In this document: piece after piece, positions 51,661 through 64,000 of the stretch
Layout of the letters: each line of letters opens with the position of its first letter
Numbering within the stretch: the first letter of the stretch is position 1
Assembly (NCBI RefSeq): GCF_004010195.1
Contig: NC_057750.1
Location: forward strand, 3,406,761-3,470,760
DNA length: 64,000 nucleotides
From: Chiloscyllium plagiosum
Lineage: Eukaryota
Direction of reading: 5' to 3'
Notes under the pieces: model-generated
The model's input: the letters and a program-made list of their open reading frames with translations, nothing else
What the model was told of the DNA's origin: nothing
The model's database searches: none
Translations under genes and position numbers: made by a program

Positions 51661-52265
51661 GAAAGGACAGCAAACAAACCCTGGTTCTACAACGAAGCAA
51701 CATCGTGCATACTAAAGTAAGGGTTCCACCTGCTGAACTAAATGCATGTTAAACAGCTTAAATAGCATTCTGTAGATAGCTAAATGATGACTTAATAAAT
51801 TGATCAAATTAAAGATCTGCAGTCATGCCATATATAATTGTGAATAGTGGTGGCTGTTAAAATAACTAATGAAGGGTCATGACATTCATGACAATGGCAA
51901 ACACAGCGTGTAAATGCAAAAGGCAAGTTTGAGCATTCCTAACTAACTTTAGCCAGATGTGCTAGATACATTGGTATCCTCTATCCTCTGTGCCAAGAGA
52001 TTGCTTGCTGAAATCCCATCCATTTTTTATTATAATGTAGTCTCATATCACACCTTTATTTTAAACAATGTGAAGAAGATGAGCCAGTAAACCTTTCTCA
52101 AATTTCCCTATCTTCAATCAGGATTGAATCCCAATTGATCATCACCAGACCAGGAGGTAAAACTGTTTTTGAAACAGTATCCCACTAACTGTTCACCACT
52201 AACCTTTTGCCTCTTGCTTGCCAGAAGCACTAACTTATTAGTGAAAATATTGTTTGTTTTTGCAG

Positions 52266-52442
52266 ATGTACAATAATTTCCCAAAGATCATGGATTTCCT
52301 GCCTGGGTCTCATCACAAGATACTCCAAAACATGGCAGACTTGAAAACCTTTGTGAATCAAATGATCCAAAGCCACAGAGGAAGTTTACAGAAAGATTTC
52401 CCCAGGGATTACATCGACAGTTTCCTTATTAAGATGGATGAG
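52266..52442 (+). CDS. CYP2 gene B exon 5
   Basis: tgcag|ATGTAC...GATGAG|gtatt, 177 bp; MYNNFPKIMDFLPGSHH...PRDYIDSFLIKMDE. Confidence 0.95.
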
Positions 52443-52745
52443 GTATTGAAAGTACTTTCAAATCTGAATCTGTATGTTTCCAATTTTTGTGTCTTGTCTC
52501 CTGCCAGTAAGACATGGTTTTCCTGGACGCTGATCTGGTGAATCCAACAGGCTTAAAGTTAGGTTATTACCAGCTAAACAAAACAGGCCACATTTTGGAA
52601 ACTTGTCATTAATACTCCACTGGCATTATATATAAGCAGCTAAAAAAGTTCAATTTGCATAAAGGCACAATTTGTCTTTGACAAACATTAACAGTAACTA
52701 AGGCCTTTTAAGCTTTTGAAGTAAATTTGATATGCTTTCCTTCAG

Positions 52746-52887
52746 GAGAAACACAAACCTGACTCAGAATTCATTGATGAGAATTTATTGATGTCAGTGA
52801 TAAATTTATTTCTGGCTGGAACTGAATCAACCAGCACAACACTGCAATGGGCTATCCAGATTCTGGTGAAATTTCCACATATTCAGG
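52746..52887 (+). CDS. CYP2 gene B exon 6 (I helix)
   Basis: ttcag|GAGAAA...CAGG|gtaag, 142 bp; [16 protein letters not shown]. Confidence 0.95.
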
Positions 52888-53823
52888 GTAAGCAGTATTA
52901 TTTGAAAATAATTCATGGATTTTCACTGTATTTTACTGTAAAATGCAAGTGGCAATCGTTCAATTCAAATCATTTAATTCAGTTTAATTCAAGCAGCCCT
53001 GAGATGCGGCCTGGTCCAAACTGTAAGTTCAGTGTCTGTATCTGTGTTTAAAGTTTCCTCCCTGCAGCATTTCAGTGCTGGGTGCACTCTGCAATGCAGC
53101 TCTGAGCTTCTGAAGCATCTTGACAGTGGATCAGAGAGGTACTATGAGGATGCTGAAGAATTGGCAAGTATTAGATGCCAATGTATGTGGACAAAGGGAG
53201 CATGCAACTTCAACTGTTAACGTAATCCGGCACCATTTTGAACAGCTTAAGCATTACAAGGTATAACTGAGAGTCTATCTTTGTTCTGTTGCCTCTGCCG
53301 TGAGTTCTCAGCCAGCTTACTAATGACACCTGTGCCGCCACCCTCCTCCATTGTCACACTGCCACCTGCACCAGATCAATCAATGCATGAATCGCCATTC
53401 TTTAGATACTATCTCAGCTGGCTTGCTCGCCCACCTAGCACTTGCCTGCTTAGCATTTACCTGTATATTTGCACCATCCATGAATTGCCTTGCTTTCTTT
53501 TCTGTGTCAATTAGTAACAACCTGGTAACTTTGTCTTGCTGGTCAGCAGTTCTTGGTCAAGGATGGGGTGAGGTGGGGTGGAATACGTTGCTGTACCACA
53601 ACTTCCTATGTAAATCTTACACCTACGCCATGTGCCAGCAGTGTTTACACAAACATATAGCAGCCCAGGAGTGGGTCACATCAGTCCAATAGCTTCATAG
53701 TAGCTAGACCACGGGGTCTGGCCAATACAGTTTGGGATATGTCACAAGTTTGGATGCTTCTTGACTGAGGCTGTCAGGTCAGTTTGTTCAAGGAGGTCAG
53801 TCCATCATAGGGGGTAGGAATAA

Positions 53824-54525
53824 AGTTTGCGTAAAGATTTCTATCCTGGGTGCTGGTTGCCATAGTTGTGGATATGTTTGCCGAGCTGAGAAGTTGATTT
53901 ACAAATGTCTTGTTCCCTGTCTAAGTGACACCTTCGGTGCTTTTGAGCCTCCTGTGAAGTGGTGCTGTACTGTGTCTTCTGGAATTCATTTGGTTCCGTT
54001 CCTGCTGCTTCCAGTTGCTGGTTCTGGTAGTTCATTGTAGTGGTCAGTATATTGGGTCTAGGTCGGTGTGTTTGTTGATGGGAATCCTTGGATGCGTGCC
54101 ACGCCTCTACAAATTCTCTGGCTGTCCTCTGTTTAGCTTGTCCTTCTGATCATTATGTTGTCCCAGTTAAATTTGTGGTCCTTGTCATGTATGTATGTGT
54201 CTGGCTACTAGAGATTGCTGGTCATGGCGTTTAGTGGCTAGTTGGTGTTTGTGGATGTAGACTGCTAGCTTTCTGCCTGTTTGTTCTATATAGTATTTTG
54301 TGCAGACTTTGCATGGAATCTTGTAAATTACATATGGGTATAGGGTCTTTTGTTCTGGTGAGTTGCTGTCTGAGCGTGGGTGTCGGTTTATGGGCTGTCA
54401 TGAATTCAAGTGGTGGAGAGGTGTGGCTGTTAGTTCTGAGATGTTTTTTATATAAGGTAGCATGGCTAGTGTGTTGGGTCGTGGCATGTTCTTGTTGCAT
54501 TGTTTGTCTGCTAGGCATCTGCAGA
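53824..54525 (-). mobile_element. Penelope/Poseidon-type element, GIY-YIG remnant
   Basis: Minus strand AHKPTPTLRQQLTRTKDPIP / VIYKIPCKVCTKYYIEQTGRKLAVYIHKHQLATKRHDQ. Confidence 0.8.
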
Positions 54526-54534
54526 TGAAGTTGC

Positions 54535-57500
54535 AGGAATATCTGTTCTTGGGAAATAAGGCAGGACAAGTGACTGAGGTGCCAGTTGGGGCTAGTGACC
54601 ATTATTCTATTAGTTTTAAAATAATAATGGAAAAGGATAGACATGATCTAACAGTTAAAGTTCTAAATTGGAGGAAGGCCAATTTTGATGACATTAGGCA
54701 AAGACTTTCAGAAGTGGTTTGGGGGGGGACAGATGTTCACAGGTAAAGGGATGGCTGCAAAATGGAAAGCCTTCAAAAATGAGTTAGAGTCCAGAGACAG
54801 TATGTTCCTGTTAGGGTAAATGGCAAGGCTGGTAGGTGTAGGGAATACTGACGATTAGAGAAATTGAGGTTTTGGTCAAGAAAAAGAAGGCAGCATATGT
54901 CAGGTTTAGACAGCAGAGAGTGAGTGAATCCTTAGAAGAGTTGAGTTTTTTGAAGAAGTAACAAAGAAGATTGATGAGGGCAGAGCAGTAGATGTGATCT
55001 ATAAGGACTTCAGTAAGGTGTTCGACAAGGTTCCCCATGGGAGACTGATTAGCAAGGTTAGATCTCATGGAATACAAGGAGAACTAGCCATTTGGATACA
55101 GAACTGACTCAAAGGTAGAAGACAGAGGGTGGTGGTGGAGGTTTGTTTTTCAGACTGGAGGCCTGTGACCAGTGGAGTGCCACAAGGATCGATGCTGGGC
55201 CCACTACTTTTTGTGATTTACATAAATAATTTGGATGTGAGCATAAGAGGTACAGCTAGTAAGTTTGCAGATGACACCAACTAGCCACAAGGATCGGTGC
55301 TGGGCCCTTTACTTTTTGTGATTTACATAAATGATTTGGATGACACCAAAAGTGGACAGCGAAGAGGGTTACCTCAGATTACAACAGGATCTGGACCAGA
55401 TGGGCCAATGGGCTGAGAAGTGGCCGATGGAGTTTAATTCAGATAAATGCGAGGTGCTGCATTTTGGGAAAACAAATCTTAGCAGGACTTATACACTTAA
55501 TGGTAAGGTCATAGGGAGTGTTGCTGAACAAAGAGACCTTGGAATGCAGGTTCATAGCTCCTTGAAAGTGGAGTCGCAGGTAGATAGGATAGTGAAGAAG
55601 GCGTTTGGTATGCTTTCCTTTATTGGTCAGAGTATTGAGTATAGGAGTTGAGAGGTCATGTTGCGACTGTACAGGTCATTGGTTAGGCCATTGTTGGAAT
55701 ATTGCGTGCAATTCTGGTTTCCTTCCGATCGGAAAGATGTTGTGAAACTTGAAAGGGTTCAGAAAAGATTTACAACGATGTTGCCACGGTTGAAGGATTT
55801 GAGCTACAGGGAGAGGCTGAACAGGCTGGGGTTATTTTCCCTGGAGCGCCGGAGGCTGAGGGGTGACATTATAGAGGTTTACAAAATTATGAGGGGGGCA
55901 TGGATAGGATAAATAGACAAAGTCTTTTCCCTGGGGTTGGGGAGTCCAGAACTAGAGGGCATAGGTTTAGGGTGAGAGGGGAAAGATATAAAAGATACCT
56001 AAGGGGCAACTTTTTCACGCAGAGGGTGGTACATGTATGGAATGAGCTGTCAGAGGATGTGGTGGAGGCTGGTACAGTTGCAACATTTAAAAGGGATTTG
56101 GATGGGTATATGAATAGGAAGGGTTTGGAGGGATATGGGCTGGGTGCTGGCAGGTGGGATTAGATTGGGTTGGGATATCTGGTCAGCATGGACGGGTCGG
56201 ACCGAAGGATCTGTTTCCATGCTGTACATCTGACTCTATGACTCTAAGTATACGTAAGAGGGGAATCAGGACGGCAAAAAGGAGACATGAGATAGCTTTA
56301 GCAAATAGGGTTAAAGAGAATCCAAAGGGATTTATAAATACATTAAGGACAAAAGGAGAGAATGGGGACCCTCAAAGATCAACAAGGCCACGTATATGTA
56401 AAACCGCAGGAGAAGGGGATGATGCTAAATGAGTATTTTGCAACAGTTTTCACTGTGGAGAAGGATATGGAAGATACAGAATGTGGTGAAAAAAACAGTG
56501 ACATCTTGAAAAATGTCCATATTACAGAAGAGGTGGTGCTGGGTATCTTAAAATGCATAAAGGTGGATAAAGCCCCAGGACCTGATCAGGTGTACCCTAA
56601 TACCCTGTGGGAAGCTAGGGAAGTGTTTGCTGGACCACTTGCTGAGATATTTGTATCTTCGATAGACCCAGGTGAGGTTGGCTAACATGGTACCACAATT
56701 CAAGAAAGGTGGTAAGGAAGAGCTAGAGAACTATAGACCGGTGAGCCTGACATCGGTGGTGGGCAGGTTGTTGGAGGGAAATCGGAAGGGACAGCATTTA
56801 CATGTATTTGGAAGGGCATGGACTGATTAGGGATAGTTAACACAGCTTTGTGTGTGGGAAATTGTGTCTCACTAACTTAATTTTTTTGAAGAAATAACAA
56901 AGAGGATTGATGAGGGCAGAATGATGGGTGTGATCTTGATGGACTTCCATAATGCGTTTGACAAGTTCCTCATGATAGACTGGTTAGCAAAGTTAGATCA
57001 CATGGAATACAGAGAGAACTTGCTATGTGGATACAGGATTGGTTCTAAGGTAGAAGACAGAGGGTGGTGGTGGAGGGTTGCTTTTCAGACTGGAGGCCTT
57101 TGCCCAGAGGTGTGCCACAAGGATCAGTGATGAGTCCACTGCTTTTTGTCATTTATATAAATGATTTGGATGTGAACTTAGGAGATATGGTTAGTAAGTT
57201 TGCAGATGACACTAAAATTGGAGGCGTAATGGACAGTGAAGAAGTACCTCAGGGTACTTTGCATTCTTTGATCAGATGGGCCAATGGGCTAAGGAGTGGC
57301 AGATGGAGTTTAATTTAGATATGTGTGAGATACTGCATTTTGGAAAGGCAAATCAGGGCAGGACTTATATACTTAATGGTAAGGTCCTGGGGAGTGTTGC
57401 TAAACAAAGAGTGCTTGGAGTGCAGGTTCATAGTTCCTTGAAAGTGGAGTTGTAGGTAGATAGGATAGTGAAGAAGGCATTTGGTATGTTTATTGGCCTT

Positions 57501-58112
57501 TATTGGTTAGAGAGTTGAGTTTAAGAGATGGGAGGACATGTTGCGGTTGTACAGGAAATTGGTGAAGGCACTATTGGAATACTGCATGCAATTCTGGTCT
57601 CCCTACTGTAGGAAGGGTGTTGTGAAACTTGAAAGGTTCAGAAAAGATTTAAAAGGATTTTGCCAGGGTTGGGCGACTTGAGATATAGGAAGAGGTTGAA
57701 TAAACTGGGCCTATTTTCTCTGAGTGGAGGGGTGACCTTCTCTAAGTTTATAAAATCATGAGGGGCATGGACAAAATGAATAGACAAGGCCTTTTCCCCA
57801 GGAAGGCGAGAGACCAAAACTAGAGGGTATAGGTTAAAGGTGTGAGGGGAAAGATTTAAAAGGGACCTAAGGGAAACCTTTTCATACAGAAGGTGGTGTG
57901 TGTGTGTGGCATGAGCTGCCACTGGAAGTCGTGGAGGCTTGTACAATTACAACGTTTAAAGGCATCTGGATGGATGTATGAATAGGAAGGGTTTAGAGGA
58001 ATAATGGGTCAAATGCTGGCAAATGGGACTAGGTTAATTTAGGATATGTGGCCGGCATGGATGATTGGACCAAAGGGTCTGTTTCTGTTCTGTACATTTC
58101 TATGACTCTTTA
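54535..58112 (+). mobile_element. CR1 LINE with a younger CR1 (54941-56246) nested in the same orientation
   Basis: Outer copy resumes at 56247 where it stopped at 54940 (by comparison with 42178-42240); both copies have RT motifs and ctatgact tails. Confidence 0.85.
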
Positions 58113-59764
58113 ACTCCAAGTGATACCTTATGTAAAGGTACACTGTCACCAAAGTGCCTCCCATTGTTCTTTTCCCTCCCATTATGTCTTGCTGTTGACC
58201 CATGTTCTGCAGCTGGAATGGATGCAGCTCTGCTCAGCAGTTGAGCCTGTTCACCCTGGAGGTTTGGTCGGGCAACCCCAGAGGTTTTTGTGTTAGGTCT
58301 CCCCATACATGCTGAGGAGGTGCAGATGGATGCTCCCCATCTTCTACTTTCAAGAGTTGGAGAGGGACAAGCACAGTGGTATACAGCCTGGCCACCTCTG
58401 GAGTGTCTGAGAGGAGACTTTTGAGAAGTTTGTGTGTAATTCTTCCTCTAGCATGAGTGCCTTCTTGCACCTCTCAGTCCTTGTAAGGAAGAACCACTGA
58501 AGTGCAAATCAGGGTCTCTGTCCTCCTGTCTCAATGTTTCCTGTCTTGAGGACCAAAGGCCAAGGTTATTGAATGCAAGTTTGTGCATTTTTGCAATAGA
58601 TTTTCAGGGTGTCCAAGGCAACCCCTACTTCAAGAGATTCATACAATTGCATGCCAGAGACTGCGAGATGTCAATGGCATAGTATCATTCCTGCTGACTC
58701 TGGGTTATGAAGGCCATTGCCTCCCAGATACCCATCTGCCACTCCTGTTCTTTCCTGTACATATCACTAAAATCTTTGATTGCTAACACCACAAAATCCT
58801 CTGCCTAGGGTTGAGCAGGTGTGTAATCCTCAAGTGTAAGCATCCTGGGGCATTTCTTCCTTGGCCAGCTGCAGAGCTGTTGCAGTTAGGTGCTCACCAA
58901 CTTGTGCTCCCAAACCTTCTCAGCATAACATTTCCATCAAGGTATCATATTTGAGCTGGTGAGGGTTGCAGGCTACAGCCTTACTGATGTTTCCTCTGAG
59001 GCCTCGGTGCTGTCTTCCTCAGAGACCAAGGAGGTGGCTTCTGATAGAATCAGCTATTTCTTCATTGAGGTTGTACTTTCTACTGATACCTGCTTGACAC
59101 AAGATTGAAAAAGCCAGCAGAAATGGTGTACAATGAAGGAGACAGTGGGGTTATCATGAGCATTCCTGTGTTATGAAGAATGGTACTTTTTTGGTTGGTG
59201 GGACATTGATGATTTAGCATCCATACTGGAGCGATCTGGACTTCTCTGAGAGATAGAAATCTCTCCACAGTGAGTGAGGAACCTGTCTGACCTCTGTCTG
59301 CTCTACTGTCTTCTCCTGGAATGAGAGCAAGTGGGTGGCATGGCTGTTAGGTACTTATGCGGGTAGTCAAAAAACGGTAAGGTATCCTGGGCACTGAGTA
59401 GGCATTGGAGCTACCATGCAGGGTAAGATTTATTTTTGGGTGGGGGGGGGGGGAGGAGGAGGAGAAGGGAAGCAATAACAAATGAGGGAACATGTTAAAG
59501 TCAAAGCAATTGCCTTAGTGAGAAGCGGTACAATAGCAGAGATAGAGAGAAAATGAAGTGACAGAGAGAAGAATGTGACACTTACTCTGACAGAGGGGAA
59601 CAGGTTACTGACCTTCATGTGATACTGCTGGCCACTCCTCCAGACCTTAGATTCCTCACAACTCAGGTCCTGACCTCAGTCCAGACTGTCAGGGTCTGGT
59701 ATTGTGGCATCCTCTTCCAGTCCTCTGGGAAGAGGACACCCTTCTCAGATGTATTCTCTCCTGT

Positions 59765-60267
59765 TTTTGTTTTGAGAGGTTTGAGACAGAGGTGCAGAAC
59801 TTCCTGGTCTATGGCTATACAATAAACAGCTTGTAAGGCCTTGGGACTTCTTTAAAAGTTGGAACTCTAGAAGCAGAATGAATGGGTGGAGTCAGGCTCC
59901 CACAGAACCAGGGTTTTTAGTTTAGCTTTCAGTTGTTGGGGTTTTGAGACAATCTGTTTTGCTGACTTTACCAAGGGTATGTTTGTGGGATGTTGCTATA
60001 TTGGAACAGTTGCTGTTTAGAAGTTAGATAATCTATTATTTTGTTAAGTTTTCCAATAGGGTTAAAGTTATACCAATTATTCCTTCTTTTGTTTGTATTT
60101 TAACTGTTAGGTAAGAATAAAGTGTGTTTTGCTTAAAGCTGACTAGTGTCACCAATCAAATTACATCTGGAACACAACACCTTACACTTGTCTTTAAATA
60201 AGATAAAAGTTAGGATCTTGACTATCTCCGTGATATCTTTGAAGGGGGTTTAGTCTGGTCCAGAACA
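59765..60267 (+). repeat. LTR-like dispersed repeat (related subfamily)
   Basis: ccaagggtatgtttgtgggatgttgc...aataaagtgtgttttgcttaaagct similar to 1166-1330; ends ...aaca. Confidence 0.45.
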
Positions 60268-60724
60268 TCAGGATCACCCCATCTATCAGGATCTTCTGTT
60301 GCCAGTCAGAGAATCATGCCACAAAGTTTCAAGTCAGATGAGACTCCTGATGTTAAATCTCCAGAAACTCTTCCAGCTGTTCCCTCAAACCAAATTTTCA
60401 AACAATAATGAAATATTATAAATCTTCATCATATTTCACCTTAAATCAGTACAGATACTTAGCCTTTTGATCCTCCCTTCTTGTAAAAACTTTGAAAAGA
60501 AAAGCTTAGTGGACTTAGTCTTGGACTGAAGTCAATGGCTAAACCCATAGTTTTCTTTTTACATAAAGAAAAGCAAACTAGCTTGCAAACAATCAATATT
60601 TGTGATTGGATGAGACTATTCTGTGAAATAGGAGTGAAATACTGCAATTTAGACCAATCTATGAAGTGTTACAGAAGACTGAAGTTGGAGGTGCTTGTAA
60701 GCTAAATACATTTTTCTAAAATAG

Positions 60725-60955
<231 letters not shown>

Positions 60956-61281
60956 TAATGACATTCCTGGTTGTATGATACCTTTGGCTGTTAAACCATC
61001 ATATAAGAAATTACTTCAGAAATTTAGTGACAATGTGCACATCATTCTGCACCAGCCTCACAAAAACACACAAGGTGAGTGACTGGTTCCTCTGTTTTCA
61101 TTGCCTGAGGTTGAAATGAACCATTGATAACAACAAAGTGATCCAAAGTAAGAGATATTTGACGATGGTTGAAATTCTCATCATCATTAGCACTTTAAAA
61201 TATCATTCTATATGGGGCTTAAACTGAATATTGATGTAAATTCTTGATGTATTGTCTGATCTTATAATGATTCCATTTTAG

Positions 61282-61423
61282 GGCACTTTTGTGATTACTG
61301 TACTTTCCTCCGCTCTGAAAGCCACCAGCCAGTGGGAGACTCCAGACTCCTTTAATCCAAATCACTTCCTTGATGAAAATGGATGCTTCAAACAAAGTGA
61401 AAGTTTTATGGCATTCTCTGCAG
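61282..61423 (+). CDS. CYP2 gene B exon 8
   Basis: tttag|GGCACT...TGCAG|gtaca, 142 bp; GTFVITVLSSALK...FNPNHFLD...FMAFSA. Confidence 0.95.
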
Positions 61424-63435
61424 GTACAGTCTCCTCTCTTTTGCAGAATGATGTCTGTGCTGTTCCCTGACTGATTTCCCTCTACTCCTTGGACTGGTTG
61501 CATTACATCTGCAGAAATGACTGTGGCGTGGACTGTAGTGCAACAAATCTTTGACCTTGACTGTCCCTACAGGACAACATCATGTTCAAACCACTGGACT
61601 GATATTGGACAATGCCCTTTGCTTACTTTGTTGGTTTTCCTGACTGAAGGCTTCCTTGGTTGTGTGAAATTTTGGGATTCCCCCCTGCTTAGACTTTGAG
61701 ACATGGCCATTTGGCTGAAGCATGTGCAAAGTGTTTGCTGTTGTACACTGCTGGCACATCGTGCAGGTATGAGATTGATACAACATGAAACTATACAGTA
61801 ACATGTCCAAGCTGTTACTGATGATTGCTGGCAACCATGACAAGCTGCCTAGCTTTGCATCCGCACAAAAGTGGCAATGCTACACAGAAATATGAACCTC
61901 TAAGCTCTGGCTGAGGGGGTCAAAGTGCAAAAAGGCAAGCTAAGGCAATGTTCGGTGCTTACACTTGTTGGCCCGAAGGGCCTGTTTCCACACTGTAAGT
62001 AATCTAATCTAATCTAATCATACAAGTAGGTGCAAAATGAGATCCACCTTGGTCCATTTTGCAGGGTTGGTGCCTGTCCCAGCTTAAAGTGTCCTGCCAG
62101 CAGCATTACAATAAAAGGTGCCAAAATGCCTTAGAAAGCAAGGAGGTGCAGATCCACATTGTGAGTCAGAAATGAGACATGGTGGTACAGTGAGGTATAT
62201 GTCCCATGCCAATTTCCATGGATGGGGTGCATGTGGTCATTGCCCATGAAGAACGCCCAAAGATGTTGGTAACTGCTTTCCAAAGTGAAGACCTGGAGTC
62301 ATCACGGACCCATTTTGACTTTAGTGTCAGAAATTGTCTCCACCTAGTTTCTATTTTGTTAGGTGGCAGAATGGGAAACTGCATCTGAAGTCAATGAGAT
62401 TCAGTAATAATATATATCCAAATAGGCATCTTGTCACTCACTAGTGAGGTTCTCATCTCACTGAAAACTTGTTTGGAGAATCTTTTATTTCTCAACATCA
62501 AGAATCTCATTTCTGCCTATCTCTCTATTTTTCCAACTGACTTATCAATGCCCATGTTTTTCAGGGGAATATTTGCCCATTAACTTTGTTTCTCAATTCA
62601 CAGATGCTGCCAGACCTGCTGAATTTCTCAACACTTTCTGCTTTTATTTATTAAACATTCATTTATGTACAAAGAATTATGCTGACAACAAATTTATGAT
62701 TGCCAGTTGGGCTAACAGTGTGGCGCACTTGCATCTAATGGAAACTATATATGTTAATACACAAGGGCCCTGTAGCAACAGAAATTACATATGTTAATGC
62801 ACAAGGGCCCTGTAGCTCAATAAAGTAGTTGACAGCCATTTTCTGCCTTGACTAAGCAGTCAATTTGCTTGGTTTAAAATTTAACAAAGCTTGGCAATTA
62901 ACTATCAATCATTATTACACCATACTTTTTTTTAAACAAAGCATCTACCAATCTCAGTCAACTTTGCAACCAATCAGCAGTCTCCTTGGCAATCAATCAG
63001 CAATCTTCTCTCAAAGTATAAATGTTGTTTTCTGTTCACTTTGGTAATTCTTACATATTGTCCTGATGAGCACGAGATGAAAATCTAACAATTTTTTTTG
63101 CAATAGTCAAAGATGTAAGTGTAATGCAAAAAGGTAGAGTTCAGATAGGAGATCAGCTATGATCTTACTGACAGGTAGAACAAGCCAGAAGGACAAAATG
63201 TCCATATCCAGCTCCTATTTTTTATGTTCCTACATAACTATTGTCAAGCAACTTATTGTTGCTAACTGGAATGTTTGATGCTAATACTATTGATCTCACT
63301 TTGTTGAGTACAAAATCTCAAGTGGAGAAGTCGAAGAAATAAATCCAACACAATTTTCATGATTGTAACTGATTGGTAGTGGAATGCTGCAAGCAGAATT
63401 TAAAGTTTTTTTTCAATACTATCTCTGTTTTGCAG

Positions 63436-63617
63436 GAAAGAGAATGTGTCTAGGAGCATCCTTGGCTCGGATGGAACTCTTTCTTTTTTTGACCACTCTG
63501 TTGCAGAACTTTGTCTTCAACTCTATTACTGATCACGAGGATATTGACATATCACCAGCTACTAGTGGGATCCTGGTTAAACCCCATGTGTACAAATTCT
63601 GTGCCATTTCTCGTTAA
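63436..63617 (+). CDS. CYP2 gene B exon 9 (heme Cys, stop)
   Basis: tgcag|GAAAGAGAATGTGT...CGTTAA, 182 bp; GKRMCLGASLARMELFLFLTTLLQNF...YKFCAISR*. Confidence 0.95.
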
Positions 63618-63784
63618 ATAAACTAGGATCTTGATAAATAATTTTAACAGATGACACCAGGAAAAGATGATTCACAAACCTAAGTTTAGAATCACAAGAG
63701 CAGTATATTTTGCGTAAAGGAATATTTTTGAGTGCCACGGATCAGTACCTTGTAATGGTGAATATTGTTTTTAAGCAGCCTGTA

Positions 63785-63790
63785 AATAAA
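63785..63790 (+). terminator. Putative polyadenylation signal of gene B
   Basis: AATAAA about 170 nt after the stop, followed by a GT/T-rich tract (gtggttttgttattgtgttcctttt). Confidence 0.55.
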
Positions 63791-64000
63791 AATAGATGAG
63801 AAGTGGTTTTGTTATTGTGTTCCTTTTAATTATTTTTCAATCATCTTTTGAGTTTTGCTGCTAGCACAACTGAATTCATAATTCATGTTTATTTAATCCT
63901 GATTTAATTTTTCTAATATCATTACCACCTGCACCTCATCCTCCATCTTCCTTAAACATTGAATGAGTCCAAATCTTCAGTACCTTTTAGTTGGCTGGAT

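Noticed and set aside
59438..59470. G-rich tract, possible G-quadruplex
   Set aside because: Low-complexity run with no supporting context
62749..62816. 28-bp direct repeat with 12-bp spacer (period 40)
   Set aside because: Only two units in a eukaryotic intron; a simple local duplication, not CRISPR-like
63060..63090. Standalone functional hammerhead at cCTGATGAgcacgagatGAAAatc
   Set aside because: Stem II does not pair convincingly; at most a decayed remnant

Overview
Vertebrate genomic DNA, most likely a shark/cartilaginous fish (inferred from HE1-like V-SINEs and CR1/HER1-like LINEs). The window holds two tandem, same-strand cytochrome P450 family-2 (CYP2) paralogues with the canonical 9-exon CYP2 structure. 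Gene A shows exons 2-9 (1846-24682; exon 1 lies upstream of the window). Gene B is complete (34312-63617, 1488 nt, 495 aa). All splice sites are GT-AG and I see no frameshift or premature stop. Introns and the 9.6-kb spacer are filled with CR1 LINEs, tRNA-derived SINEs, LTR-like repeats and at least three families of Penelope-like elements (PLEs). The most notable non-coding signal is a set of minimal hammerhead-ribozyme motifs (CUGANGA-stem II-GAAA-CGUC) carried by PLEs and by very short, TSD-flanked, partly inverted PLE derivatives. These include a perfect 79-bp inverted repeat whose spacer plus right arm form an intact hammerhead core, and two sense-strand hammerheads in intron 1 of gene B. 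Gene B also has Ser in place of the catalytic I-helix Thr. Four N-gaps all fall inside repeats. Repeat boundaries are approximate; exon coordinates were counted by hand.
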